From: Eledone cirrhosa
Lineage: Eukaryota
Length of the DNA: 64,000 bases
Assembly: GCA_964016885.1 (NCBI GenBank)
Contig: OZ024741.1
Coordinates: forward strand, 227,788,001 to 227,852,000
Direction: 5' to 3'
Below the pieces are notes generated by a model, which had not been told where the DNA came from, searched no databases, and saw only the letters and a program-made list of their open reading frames with translations. This document shows, one piece after another, positions 27,335 to 40,906 of this stretch (position 1 is the stretch's first letter; every line of letters starts with the position of its first letter). A program made the translations under genes and the position numbers.

Positions 27335-28935
27335 TTTAGGTTAGTTGGTTCAGCACTGGATAGAACTGGTCATTCCGTATGGTCAATCTCGATGTAATAT
27401 TATGGAGAGTACTGAACGTAATACAACTCATCCGTCTTGGTTTGCGTTGTTGGTGGTACGAGTACGGAGTTAATTATTATAAAATAACAGGAGGCTGGAC
27501 TGGTGTAAATCCTTGAAAGGTTTATTATACTATGATCATTTCAATGACCGGGTTCAGTATGAATCCGGTGATATCATCAGGTATTCGAAATATAACAAAG
27601 GAATATAACAGATAAAATTCATGGGGCTGAAAAGCAGAGACAAGAGGACGACCGACCATTTAGCAGCTTCTACCTCAGTATATATAGGAGGAAATTGTAG
27701 TTTACTAGAATCATTGCGTAGTTAGGTATAGACGTGTGGAGTTGGAAGGCCAATACAATGCAGGTATGGATATAGAATATAAATACAAATGCAAAAGATA
27801 TTGCTGACAATTAGTCTTTTACCTTAAATTTATTTGAATATCCATAATTTTCGAGATAATATCTCTTCTTCGAAAAGAAGTAAAGGGGTTAATCCAGTGT
27901 TCTAATTAGCTTGCCAAGTCATGCTGACAGGAAATAGTAAAGATATTCCATTCTATTTCTAATGTCAGTGAAGGTTAGGTGGATAAAGGGTTGTCTCCCT
28001 TTAAAAGGGTTTGGACATGTATGTCTAAGTGTGTGTGGGAGAATACGTGAAGGTGTAAGCATGCGTGTGTGTATGGGTGTGTGTGTGTGTGTGTGTGAAT
28101 GTGAGAGGATATGTTTATATGTAAATGTGGGACCTAGATGCTCTATCATGTTAAAACTGGTCTATGTGTGTGTATGTGTGTGTTACAGAGAGAATAAATG
28201 AAGGTGTAGGCGTGCGTGTGTGTGTGAGAGATGGTACGTATACGTGGAGGTGTAAGTGTGGGGCTAGGTGCTCTATCATGTTAAAAATTGGGTGTTGAGT
28301 TCTAGTCTGTTCTTGATTGGTGATTGTGTTTTGTCTATAATTAGTTCTTCTTTAATTCTAAAATTGCCTAGGTTTCTTTCCTTAGCTTCTATCCTAACTA
28401 TTATGTTTTTGTCGGTGTTTTTGCATTTCACTAGGTGTTTCTTAAATGAAGAAGCGTTAGTGTTGAGGTGTCCTTTTATACTAATGTGAAGTGGTCTGGT
28501 GGTGTTACCTATGTAGAAATTGCTGCATTTGTCGCACTCTAATCTGTATACGACGTAAGCCTGGTGGCGTAGGTCTGTGTCGTCGATGGGGCAGTTGACT
28601 AGCCTGCAGCGGTTGTCATGTCTGGTGGAGTGTCTTTTGGTTAGCTGTCCCGCGTAGAGAAGGTCTTGAGTTGGCTAGCTGGATATGTAGTCCCTCTCGT
28701 CTGATAGCTCTGCGGATGGCTGTTGTGTTTTCGTCACTGATGTGTGGGAGTTTCAGGAAGCAGGTATTAGTGCCTCGGGTGTGGTGTCCTCTGTTGTTTC
28801 TGGCACGGTTCGAAGTGGACGTCGGGTATCCGTTCAGTTTAAGTACTTCCATGAAATGTGTGGTGTGTGTCCCGACTCTTAATCGACCCCTCTTCAGATA
28901 TGCGAGTTTACATGGGTTCTCTCTATATATATAGG
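27335..28935 (-). mobile_element. 5'-truncated Penelope-like element: linker, GIY-YIG endonuclease and 3' region
   Basis: Minus strand 28612-28277 reads RCRLVNCPIDD..YVVYRLECDKCSNFYIGNTTRPLH..KKHL..RIKEELII. The upstream ORF has LKLNGYP...LKLPHISD. Degenerate HHR at about 27542-27587. Confidence 0.88.
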
Positions 28936-29125
28936 TACTGGCATAGTTATATGACCAAGGACTAGGCTTCATAATCTTGTGCTTTCAGTTCCAATACGTG
29001 GCACCACAGGCAAGTGTCGTCAATCATAGTCCCGATTTGACAAATGCCTTGTGAAATTTGATTTAGGGAAATTTGATTTAGGGAACTGTACTGAAGACTG
29101 TCCTATCTACAATTATGTTTATATC

Positions 29126-29384
29126 AAGGGTTGTGGAAGCATTTCTGAATTAGAGGAGCAAAATTTCCAAATTTGGTCAATTTAGTTGTACTGATTAGTT
29201 TACATGTTATTATCAAATATTAACCAAGATTTAAAAAAAAATTCGATATGTGATAAGCATAACATGTACATATATTGTAGTGCATATAGAAATAGATGTG
29301 TGTTTTGGTAGTTTGGGGAGAAAAATATAATTATTGGCGGAGGCATACTCCCCTTCGCCCCCTACCCCAGTTCCACCACCCCTG
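29126..29384. mobile_element. Non-autonomous DNA transposon (MITE) relic
   Basis: Imperfect TIRs CAAGGGTTGTGGAA / TTCCACCACCCCTG. Homologous copy at 46912-47343. Confidence 0.6.
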
Positions 29385-29541
29385 TATATGTACCTGTGCC
29401 CGTATCTGCATTTGCCTATGTTCTATAACTTCACGATTTGATTATATAAGTACAAGACTTGAGGAAATAAGTACTGGGGCCATATGATCGACTAAAACTC
29501 TCCAAAGATGTGCCCTAGAATAGCTGCATTTTAAGGTTGAC

Positions 29542-31011
<1,470 letters not shown>

Positions 31012-31224
31012 TATATATTTATGTACGTATACATAATTACATTTAAGTATCAGCTGTACTAAGAGTGAGAAATGAAATTTCATTTAATTCTTTTCCATTT
31101 ATCGTTTTCGGTATGCCCGGCCGACTAACTCACCCGATATGCAAATTAGGCTGCTCAGCTGTTAATATGCATAAGGAAAGTATATATTTTCAAACGTTCA
31201 ATCATTTGACAGAAAGGTATACAG

Positions 31225-31450
31225 TGCTGACGATAGCTAATAAGCTTGAAACTAGTTCATCGTTCCTTTGTCAGTGCTGAACAAAAGGGCGACGATGGTT
31301 GCCGAGCACTGTACGTCGTAATTCGGGCTGTTTGTTTACAAACAAACCGAACATTATAATAAATGTTCGGTAAACCAATACGTACATATATATATGTGTG
31401 CATGTATGTATATATATATACATACTACTGTACGTATACATACTTACATA
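31225..31450 (+). mobile_element. Family E PLE end with hammerhead (31225-31262)
   Basis: Homologous to 23833-24075. CTGACGA...GAAACTAGTT. Confidence 0.75.
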
Positions 31451-31518
31451 TATAGTGGTAGAACACTGGAAGGTAATATCCGTAGTGGTAGAACATTTAG
31501 TCCATGGGACGAGTTAGG

Positions 31519-32312
31519 TAGAAGTGGTTACACAACAGTTAGTTCACCATACCGAGAACAATTGTTTCACCTTAACGGATCCTCAGCTCGTAATGGACAT
31601 GGTTATACGGAACAGGAAATACAACCATACGAACGCGCATGAAACGATCACTTCACACAGGCAATACTAAAATGCGTGCGAGAGGTGTAAGGGAAATAAC
31701 TGCGAAAGCCCGAAAAGTTTCTAGTTGATATAAAAATTAGGATGTTGTTGTAATTCAATACGGAGCTTTGCAGTTACGTAAGAGGTCTTTCGAGACGTGT
31801 GAACAAGGTGTGAAGAATTCATTTCTCGTGTTTGGGCAATCGCTATTGCATAATCTCTTTAGAATATTTAGACTACTCCATTCAATGGAAAATCATCACA
31901 AAGTCCAAGCCATACGCAAGGGGAAATCCGTCGTGTGGACTATGTATTGATGAACGAATAAATATTCTAAAGAGATTATGCAATATCAATTGCCTAAACA
32001 CGAGAAATGAATTCTTCACACGTTGTATACACGTCTCGAAATATCTCTTACGTAACTACAAAGCTCCGGATTGAATTACAACATCCTAATTTTCTTATCA
32101 GCTAGAAATTTTTCGCAATTTCTCAGTTATCTCCCTTACACCTCTCGCACGCATTTTAGCATTGCCTCTGTGAAGTAATCGTTTCTGCGCATGTGCGTTC
32201 ATACGGTTGTCCTTCCTGTTCCGTATAACCATGTCCATTACGAGCTGAAGATCCGCTAAGGTGAAACAATTGTTCTCGGTATGGTGAACTAACTGTTGTG
32301 TAACCACTTCTA
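31519..32312 (+). mobile_element. Fold-back PLE fragment (family F): endonuclease C-terminus plus HHR-bearing 3' region
   Basis: Arms 31519-31870 and 31959-32312. Peptide YSIQWKIITKSKPY...CGLCIDERINI...LNTRNEFFTRCIH resembles a PLE GIY-YIG C-terminus. Confidence 0.82.
32228..32285 (+). ncRNA. Minimal hammerhead ribozyme (family F); inverted twin at 31546-31603
   Basis: ACCAT..CGAG-CTGAAGA-T-CC-GCTAA-GG-T-GAAA-CAATTG-TT-CTCG..ATGGT. Palindromic stem III ACAATTGT. The twin has CTGAGGA. Confidence 0.8.
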
Positions 32313-32316
32313 TATA

Positions 32317-32420
<104 letters not shown>

Positions 32421-32761
32421 GAGAGAGAGAGAGAGGTGCATGGGCGATGGGTGTAGGTAAAAATTGTATGTGTGTATATATATACAATTATAAATAAAAA
32501 GTATTTATATATGTTCATATATATGTGAGTTTGATATGTGTAAATATGTATACATACACTCACACACTCACACACACACACACACGTACCAACACATGTA
32601 TATACAATATGCGCATGTATATATATGTATATGTTTATATATGTGTATATGTGTACGTTTTTGTTAGTTATATACGTTACTCCTGCGATGGGACATTTGC
32701 CAAAATCTCAATTTGTGCGACTTAATTAGTTTTGGCCTTAACTACGTGGCAATGAACTAAA

Positions 32762-32814
<53 letters not shown>

Positions 32815-33009
32815 TTACTACTACTACTACTGTTACTGCTGCTGCTGCTACTGCTGCTACTACTACTACTACTGGTGCTTCTGCTACTACTATTACTACT
32901 ACTCCTATTGTTTGCTGCAGTTCCGGTTGATGCTGATGCTGTTCTTGCAGCTGATGATGATTGCGATTATGTTGATATTAAATAGTACTACTATCATCAC
33001 CACCACCGC

Positions 33010-33098
<89 letters not shown>
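32762..33098. repeat. Compound trinucleotide microsatellite (TAC)n/(TGC)n...(ATT)n(AGT)n
   Basis: Directly visible. Confidence 0.92.
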
Positions 33099-33099
<1 letters not shown>

Positions 33100-35074
33100 C
33101 TATAGGTGCTCTAGCTGCTGCTGTTATTTCCCTTGTTGCGACTATTGTTTGGTAACACTATAACGTTACACAATACATTTATATACATACACATACATAT
33201 AAGTATATGTATGTCCGTACGTATGCGTGTTTGTACATCAAAAACAACATACATAGTCATATAAATGTATATAATCTATATAATACATTGAGTACTATTT
33301 TTCCAGTCGGTGTCCGGCTGCCTTGCATTATCTCATACGTCTCGTTTTCCCCCTAGATTATACTCGTGATATGGGAAGTGGTGATTTGCATGTATGTACC
33401 ACTGTTGTTTTCCCTCTGTACTACTTGGGAGAGGTCTTATTACTTGTTTGTCTGCAGTATAAAAACAAAAATAAAACAGCCACTGAGCCTTTCAAAACAT
33501 TGCAGCTTTCATAATTAATTGGGATTCTGTGCCCAGTTGATTACGCCTCGTCAATGGCAGGGTGCGTATCAGTAGTTAGAATTTGAATTCAGAACACTAA
33601 GACCCCTAGCAGATATAGCAAGGCATCTCAGCCGACACTTCAAAAATTCAGTCAATCTAAATTCTGTCAAACCTCTAAAAACCTAAACGAGGAGTACCAT
33701 GAAAAAAAAGTACCCCCAAACGGGGAGAATTGAGGCAAAATGGGGAGAGTTTATAGAATGAAAGCTATACGCCTTTTCACAAGAGAAAAAGACATCTGTC
33801 ACCCACCCCAAAGTGAGTGGGAGATCTCCTCGTCCGACGGGGAGAGTTGACAGGTCTGATGTGTGTTTGTGTACGTGTACCTACATGTACGTATATAGAG
33901 TTGAACAGGCTTGCATTAATGTGTGTACATATACGCACCCACATGCATGTACACCCCAATTCCCTACACTGAGCAATTCGTGCTCGCGCACATGTACAGA
34001 AATACATTCTCAATAAAACATACATAATAACTCATCATATGAAGACACGCCCCGACCTTCTTACCCTGACATATTAGTAAAAACAGACACACAAACACAC
34101 ATACGCCCATACCTACACACACGTGTATACATTTTTTCTTTTGATTATTATCACCCCTTCGATAACTCTTCAATACATTAGTTTCGTTCTGAATTTTCAT
34201 TTTTCAAGATTGCTGATGAACAACAGCATATGATTTCTCGCCTATCTACAGTTTTTTCTTATATTTCTTTTCTATCTCTCTCGCCCTCATTCTATCTTCC
34301 GATGAAGTACTATCATCCGAAACATTAAGACAATTTTTCAAAATATTTTAAGCGTATATTTACCTTTTTTTTTCATTTCTATTACTATTTACCAGATTTT
34401 CTCAATTATTATTTAGAGAGTTAGATAATTATTGTAGTCATTCTTGCATTCGGGATGCTTACACGCGTATATATCTGTATGTATGTATGTACGCTTGTAT
34501 GCATATATATATTTAAAAGGTTGGTGAATGTAAGCCTGCTTGAGAAATATCTGAACGTGGGACCCAATGAAATATGTATACCTGAAATGACAACATAATT
34601 AGTGTAATAAATATCTCCCCCCCCCTCTCTCTCTCTCTCTCTATCTCTCTTTATATATATATATATATGCATATATATATACATTCTCTATATATACATA
34701 CACATATACTTATGTGTGTGTGTGTGTGTGTGTGTGTGCATTTAATACTAGAACCATCTCAAATACGATAGCTGGCTTCCAAATAAATTTGTGATGCGAC
34801 TCTCCAATTTATATACAGGTTCAGTATTTGATCAGAGTTGAAGTGATTTTTTTTCTTTGAATATGTTACTTAGTTTGTTTTGTTTTGTGACATGCTTAGT
34901 GTTATCTAGGATAGTAACATGTAATGTGTAGTAACATGTAATGTGAATTTATTTTTATACATTGGGATTATATTTTGAAGGAAGATGTGACTGCTGCCTC
35001 TAGCAGCTTAGATGAGCACGTCGAAGCGCACAATGGTGTCATATATTATTTGAACACAGACCATAAAGGGTCGT

Positions 35075-35393
35075 AATTTGTAGTCCGAACAAATCCCGCC
35101 GAGGTTAACTTTGCCTTACATCCTTACGGGGTCGATAAAATAAAGTAGCAGTAATACACTGGGATAATTGGTGGCCTTGTGCCAAAAGTAGAAACAATTA
35201 TTAGATGGATTTGCAGTATCTGTAGAGGGTCGGACGTCATGCTTTGCAGCAAAGAGTGACACGGCCCTTTATGGTCTGAGTTCAAATCCCGCCGAGGTTA
35301 ACTTTGCCTTTCATCCTTACGGGGTCAATAAAATAAAGTACCAGTAATACACTGTGATAATTGCTGGTCTTGTGTCAAAAGTAGAAACAATTA
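35075..35393 (+). mobile_element. Two tandem MetaSINE-like copies
   Basis: Two copies of AAATCCCGCCGAGGTTAACTTTGCC...GTAGAAACAATTAT. Confidence 0.88.
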
Positions 35394-35537
35394 TATCTAT
35401 GGACCCATAACAACTAATGGAAACGTAGCGGCACCATCATGACATACAGCGTTTCTTGGGCTTGTTTTAAAACTTGGTAAAACCCATCTGTTTCTTTTCC
35501 AAGTTTGAACACAGCCGATCTCCTCAACAGACGGAGG

Positions 35538-35615
<78 letters not shown>

Positions 35616-36109
35616 AATGAGAAAGAGATATAGGGGAAGAATTGCCTCCAATACTGGATTTGTACTTCTTTTATCGACCACGAAATGATGAAAAACAAAG
35701 TCGATCTCAGCGGGGTTTGAATTCAGAGAGCTGGAACGAATACTGCAAAGTACTCTATCCGACGTTCTACCAATTCTTCCAATTTACTGTCTTACATGAT
35801 ATTAGTTATTCATACCCGTTTAAAAGAATATCAGGAATTCTCGACAGGCTCTGGCCACCAAAGTACTATTGACTTCGATAATATTATTGTTGAATTGCTA
35901 GAATCCGAAACCGTCCCTTGATGTATTCATACATGCTCTTTACATTCTATGTTGAAATCCTACTGAGGTCAACTTTCCAACTCATCCTCCCAGGCTAGAT
36001 AAAATAATGTACCAGTTGAATACTTGGGTCAATTTACTTGACAGACAACTTCCCCTACAATTCTTTGTTTGTATTCAATATAAAAAAAAAATCATTATCA
36101 TGATTTGTT

Positions 36110-36332
36110 AAGGCGGTGGATTGGCAGTATCGGCAGAGAGTCGGACGCCATGCTTTGCAGCATAGAGTTATGGCCCTTTACGCTCTGAGTTCAAATCCAG
36201 CTGAGGTTAACTTTGCCTTTCATCCTTATAGGGTCGATAAAATAAAATACCAGTCACGCACTGGGGTCGATTTAATCGACTTTCCCCTTCCCACCAAATT
36301 ACTGGCCTTGTGCCTATACTAGAAATTATTAT
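36110..36332 (+). mobile_element. Near full-length tRNA-derived MetaSINE-like SINE; older copy just upstream at about 35880-36080
   Basis: A box TGGCAGTATCGG, B box GAGTTCAAATCC, Meta-like central domain and short (ATT) tail. Confidence 0.88.
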
Positions 36333-36674
36333 GATTTTTTAAAATTTCGGTGTCATTTTCAGGTTGTTATTCTTGTTATAATGTCATTGTTTATATATTC
36401 CAATGTTCAGTTGTTGGTGCACACTCCATTTCAGAGTGTTGCGTGTCTCATAAATATGCCAGCTTTTCCTATATAAAAGCATGTTTACTTAACGCTGTCT
36501 AAACTTTTAAGGAAGATGCCACATATATTACGAGTACACACAGGCACACACATACACACACACACACACACACATACACACACATATATATAGTTTAGGG
36601 ATTGTAAAGTCAAATTACTGTAGGTTCACCAAAGCGAACACTCGATTATTATTATTATTATTATTATTATTATT

Positions 36675-39600
36675 GGTCTAAGCAGACGTATTTTGCTCGC
36701 TCACAGTAAGTCGCTTTATTTGTTGCCTGTTTAAATTATTTGTTGTTAAATATTTCTTGTTGTGTAAGGGATATAAGCCCTTAGACTTTGCCCCGTGAAG
36801 GGGAAAGTATAATATTTGAGCCTTTTGGCCCAAATATTTGAACTTTTTTTTTACATGTTAAAAAAATTTACGAAGAAAAAAAAACATGGCTGAGCCACGC
36901 CCTCCAGCGATATGTCGGCTGTCGTGCGACAACGACGTAGAAGTTGAGAGGAGCGCTACAGCGAAATTAACACACGTTGATAAAACAAACACCACCACAA
37001 GCTGTCCACGGTTTGAAACGGTCGCCTATTCAGATCACAAGTTTGTGATCTGTATGGTCGACCTAGATAAGACGCGTAGGTTAGGACCTGGTTACTGGAA
37101 GCTAAACATGTCATTTCCGGCACGTAAGACCTTACAGGGACCAGGTCAACAATTTAGTTAAGAAAAAGTTGACAGGGGAGTCGTCAACAATAGATGGCGG
37201 GGGGCTCTCAAAAGAGAGATTAGAGTAATGTCGATAGAGTTTAGCAAAGAAGTAGCATTAGAGAAAAATAGAAAGGAGGGAGAGTTGGTAGATAAGTTAG
37301 ACGAGGCTATTGGTAGTGGTATTGCAACTGATGTGCTAGCGGCGAGAATGGCATTAGACCATTTCTTCAATGCGAAACACGAAGGTTGCATTGTCAGAGC
37401 TAAGGCGCGTGCTCTGAGAAACGGGGGAACCAAAGCTGTTCGATGGGCCCGGGTTGCGGAGGCGCAGCGTGGTAATAAAACCACAATTCGGTCTTTGGCG
37501 GACCGAGACGGGCTCGAGCTGAGCGATTCCAAGAGGATGTGTGAGGCCTTTCGCCAACATTTTGCTCGGTTTTTCGGGGGAAGTGGCGGGTCAGAGATGG
37601 TGGCGGACTTCAGTCCCTACCTCGATGGCTTGCTGCAACTCTCGACGGCTGACGCTGGGCGCTGCGAAAGGCCAATTACTTCAGCCGAGATTCAGGATGC
37701 CCTTGTAGGCTGCATGAGGCGCAAGTCACCCGGTTTGGATGGTCTGCCCTACGAGCTTTACGTAAATATGCCAGACTTGTTCTCCAATCTCCTCGAAGCG
37801 CTCTACTGCAACTGGCAGCAAAACGGGAGTATTCCCAGTTCTGTGAGCCGGGGCGTAGTGACGCTGATAAGGAAAGACGAGAACAAGAGGGACACATTAG
37901 ACAATTTCAGGCCCATACCTCTGCTCAACACAGAGTTTAAGATTTTGGCCAGGGTGTTAGCGAAGAGGTTGGCGCTTGTCGTCGGGGATTTGGTTGGGGA
38001 GGCGCAAACTTGCGCAATCCCAACCAGGTCCATACACGACAACCTCCACCTAATGCGATACATCATAGAGAGGGTAGGGTGTAAACCTGGCTTCGGTGGG
38101 GCTCTGGTCAATTTAGATCAATCGAAAGCATTCGATAGGGTCGACCATCGGTACCTGGAGGCTGTCCTCAAGGCGGTTGGCTTCGGCCTCGTCTTCAGAA
38201 GCTGGATCGCTGCAATGCACAGCGGCACCTGCTCGATAGTCAAAATTAATGGCCACCTCTCGGAACCGTTTCAGGTCTCCCGATCGGACCGTGAAGGGTG
38301 CCCTCTCTCCTCCCTTCTATACGTATTGACTCTTGAGCCTTTACTGCGGAAGCTGGAGCTGTTGCAGGGCATCCCGCTCGAACCGGGATGCGGAAAGGCT
38401 GTGTCGGCTTATGCGGACGACATCACTGTGATGGTGTCGGACACCTCAGTAATCGAGATGGTCGGCAACTTATTGAAGGAATATGAAAGGTTGACGGGAG
38501 CAAAACTTAACCCGGAAAAGTCAGTGGGCTTGCAACTCGGCACCTGGAGAGGCAAGTCCATGCCGTCCAACAGCGTCATTAGGCGCTGGACGGACGGACC
38601 GGTAAAGTTGCTAGGGGTTTGGTTCGGGCCAGACCTCCAGGTGGATAAGAATTGGGACGAGGTGACGGGCAGGGTAGTCAGTCTCACCCAGAAATGGGCT
38701 GGGATGAAGCTATCACTGAAAGGTCGGGTGGAGGTGGCGAACGCGTACATCGCGTCCGTCATCTACTACCGTCTGACTGTCGTCCCTTTCCCCCGTTCGC
38801 GCCTCGCCGTCTTGGAGCGGCTCGTCTTCAAATTCTTGTGGAGGGGTCAGGTTCCGCTGGTGAGGCGGTCCATCTGCTGCCAGCACCCTCTACGTGGAGG
38901 GCTGGGCATGCCGTGGCTAATGATGCGCAGGCACGCGCTGAGGCTACGGCATCTCCAGATATTCTGCCTAAACGGTGAACAGGTGTGGTCGCCGTTTGTC
39001 AGACGGGCCTTTCCGCAGCTCGTTTCTTTGACTGAGTTGCAGTTCTGGGTCAAGGAGAGACCGAGACTGTGTGACTGGCATCTGGAATGTTGCCAGGCAC
39101 TCACTGCCCTCTACCAGGCGGGCAATGCGGTCAGTGGAACTTCCACTCTCGAGTTCTATAGAGGATTAGTGGTGGGCAAGTGCGACGACGCACTCGGAGA
39201 GGCTCTGGGAGTCAAGGAAGTCCAACTAACCTGTCTGTACCGGAGGACTTTCGAGCCGGGGACGATGGATAATTTCCAAAAATCCTTCGCTTGGCAGTGC
39301 TACCGGAGAGCACTACCGGTTCGAGATAAACTCTACAGGCACGGAAGTGCTGTCAGACGGACCTGCCCGAGACGCGCGCAGAGCGACGAAACCGTTCTGC
39401 ACACACTCGTCCAGTGTCCGCGCATTACTGACTTGTGGAGTTATGTTGAACAGCTGTTGTCGTGTGTAGAACGGATCCGGCTATCGGCCGAGTCCATAGT
39501 GAAGATCGACCCGCCGCCTTCTTTTGGCCAGGAAGGGCAGGCAATTTTCCTCTGTCTGGTGGCACTAGCGAAAGAGGTTGTATGGTGGACGAGGTTGAAA

Positions 39601-40066
39601 GGACTGAAGACAGACACTTTTCTCTTCGGCCAATCCCTCATCAACTTTTTCAAGTTTCACTTGGAAAGGAAGGTGAGGGTGGAGAGAGAAGTCCTGCCCC
39701 CCAGTATATTTGCTGAAAGGTGGGTGAATGTGGCGAGAATGGCCCGTGTGTGTGGGCCTACTCTGGTCATGCGGCTGTAGGTAGGTAAATTTGAAGAGGA
39801 GAGGGGTGCCCTTCCAGGGTGCTCTCGAAGCATCGGGTCGTTCAGGACTGGTGGGGTACCTGAGCGAACCCTAGGTGGTCATCCCCCCCTATCGGGGAAT
39901 GTTTTCTTGTTGTAATTTTCTTGTTACTTTATTGTTACTTTGTTATTGTTACTTTGTTTATTGTTATTCATATTGTTTACTCGATTTTTCTGTAAAACCC
40001 CACTGTCCCAGTCTTTTGTATTGTCCCCTATATGTCGGCCCTTGTGGCCAATAAATGAAATCCTGA

Positions 40067-40100
<34 letters not shown>
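36675..40100 (+). mobile_element. Tx1/L1-clade non-LTR retrotransposon, internally deleted, flanked by (ATT)n
   Basis: Putative 5' UTR follows (ATT)n. The APE C-terminus (YSDH...GYWKLN) begins at about 37000. RT ORF follows, then AATAAA at 40050 and an (ATT)n tail. Confidence 0.93.
37228..39780 (+). CDS. Tx1/L1 ORF2 remnant: reverse transcriptase plus degenerate C-terminal zinc knuckle
   Basis: KSPGLDG, NFRPI, DQSKAFDRV, EGCPLS, YADD, LLGV and GGLG motifs. The knuckle CPRRAQSDETVLHTLVQC has lost its second Cys. Confidence 0.93.
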   Translation: MSIEFSKEVALEKNRKEGELVDKLDEAIGSGIATDVLAARMALDHFFNAKHEGCIVRAKARALRNGGTKAVRWARVAEAQRGNKTTIRSLADRDGLELSDSKRMCEAFRQHFARFFGGSGGSEMVADFSPYLDGLLQLSTADAGRCERPITSAEIQDALVGCMRRKSPGLDGLPYELYVNMPDLFSNLLEALYCNWQQNGSIPSSVSRGVVTLIRKDENKRDTLDNFRPIPLLNTEFKILARVLAKRLALVVGDLVGEAQTCAIPTRSIHDNLHLMRYIIERVGCKPGFGGALVNLDQSKAFDRVDHRYLEAVLKAVGFGLVFRSWIAAMHSGTCSIVKINGHLSEPFQVSRSDREGCPLSSLLYVLTLEPLLRKLELLQGIPLEPGCGKAVSAYADDITVMVSDTSVIEMVGNLLKEYERLTGAKLNPEKSVGLQLGTWRGKSMPSNSVIRRWTDGPVKLLGVWFGPDLQVDKNWDEVTGRVVSLTQKWAGMKLSLKGRVEVANAYIASVIYYRLTVVPFPRSRLAVLERLVFKFLWRGQVPLVRRSICCQHPLRGGLGMPWLMMRRHALRLRHLQIFCLNGEQVWSPFVRRAFPQLVSLTELQFWVKERPRLCDWHLECCQALTALYQAGNAVSGTSTLEFYRGLVVGKCDDALGEALGVKEVQLTCLYRRTFEPGTMDNFQKSFAWQCYRRALPVRDKLYRHGSAVRRTCPRRAQSDETVLHTLVQCPRITDLWSYVEQLLSCVERIRLSAESIVKIDPPPSFGQEGQAIFLCLVALAKEVVWWTRLKGLKTDTFLFGQSLINFFKFHLERKVRVEREVLPPSIFAERWVNVARMARVCGPTLVMRL

Positions 40101-40645
40101 CCATCGTGAGGATTGCCCCGCCCTCCTCCTTTAGCCGGGAAGGGCAGGCAGTTTTTATCTGTCTGGTGGCCATGGCGAAAGAGATAGTATGGTGGACACG
40201 TTTGAAAGGGCTGAAGACGAGCACTTACCTCTTCGGTGATGCTCTGATTGACTTTTTCAAATTTCATTTGAAAAGGAAAATCAGGGTAGAAAGGAAAGTG
40301 CTCTCTTCCCAGCATTTTGTTGAAAGATGGGTGAGAGAAGCAAGAATGGCCCGAGTGAATGGGCCTACTCTGAGTATATATCTGTAAATTAAAGGTGGAA
40401 AACTGGGAGAGGGCACTTGCCTTGGTGGTCAGGGTCATTGTGGCTTTTTACTGGGCTTTCTCCACAAATGTCCCTCCGAAGTCTGCCCCCTATTGGGGAA
40501 TTTTTCATTGTTATTTTTTGTTACATCCTCTGTTTTTGTTTTTTACACGCAGAAATGCCCATTTGTACCGTCCTGCATTGTCCTGCACTGTCCTTAATGT
40601 CTACTTTATGTAAACCCTTGTGGTTAATAAAGAAATCATTATTAT
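40101..40645 (+). mobile_element. 3' fragment of a related Tx1/L1 subfamily, directly after the (ATT)n tail of the previous element
   Basis: ORF 40106-40387 is homologous to the ORF2 C-terminus (AKEIVWWTRLKGL). Different 3' UTR, AATAAA and a short ATT tail. Confidence 0.92.
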
Positions 40646-40744
40646 ATATAATAGTAATAATAATAAATATGAAGGCTAAAATCTGAAGAGGGCTCGATAA
40701 GGATAATATATCTATGAAAATATATAAAACCAGGAGCAAATATT

Positions 40745-40867
40745 TATTAAAATAACAGATTAAAGTTTAAGCAAAGAATCGCTGCTTTCACCCTTAACGA
40801 GTTTCAAAAAATCCCCTTTAAGGGTTAAAGCGGCGATTCTTTTCTTAAACTTTAATCTGTTATTTTA

Positions 40868-40870
<3 letters not shown>
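40745..40870. repeat. Inverted repeat, arms of about 53 bp with a spacer of about 20 bp
   Basis: TATTAAAATAACAGATTAAAGTTTAAG...CCCTTAA pairs with TTAAGGG...CTTAAACTTTAATCTGTTATTTTAATA. Confidence 0.85.

Positions 40871-40906
<36 letters not shown>

Noticed and set aside
35440-35530. Possible minus-strand exon (SAVFKLGKETDGFYQVLKQAQET)
   Set aside because: The acceptor is weak, the pyrimidine tract is just a (CT)n microsatellite, and nothing else supports it.
37354-39716. Antisense and alternative-frame ORFs inside Tx1 ORF2
   Set aside because: Expected shadows of a GC-rich coding region.
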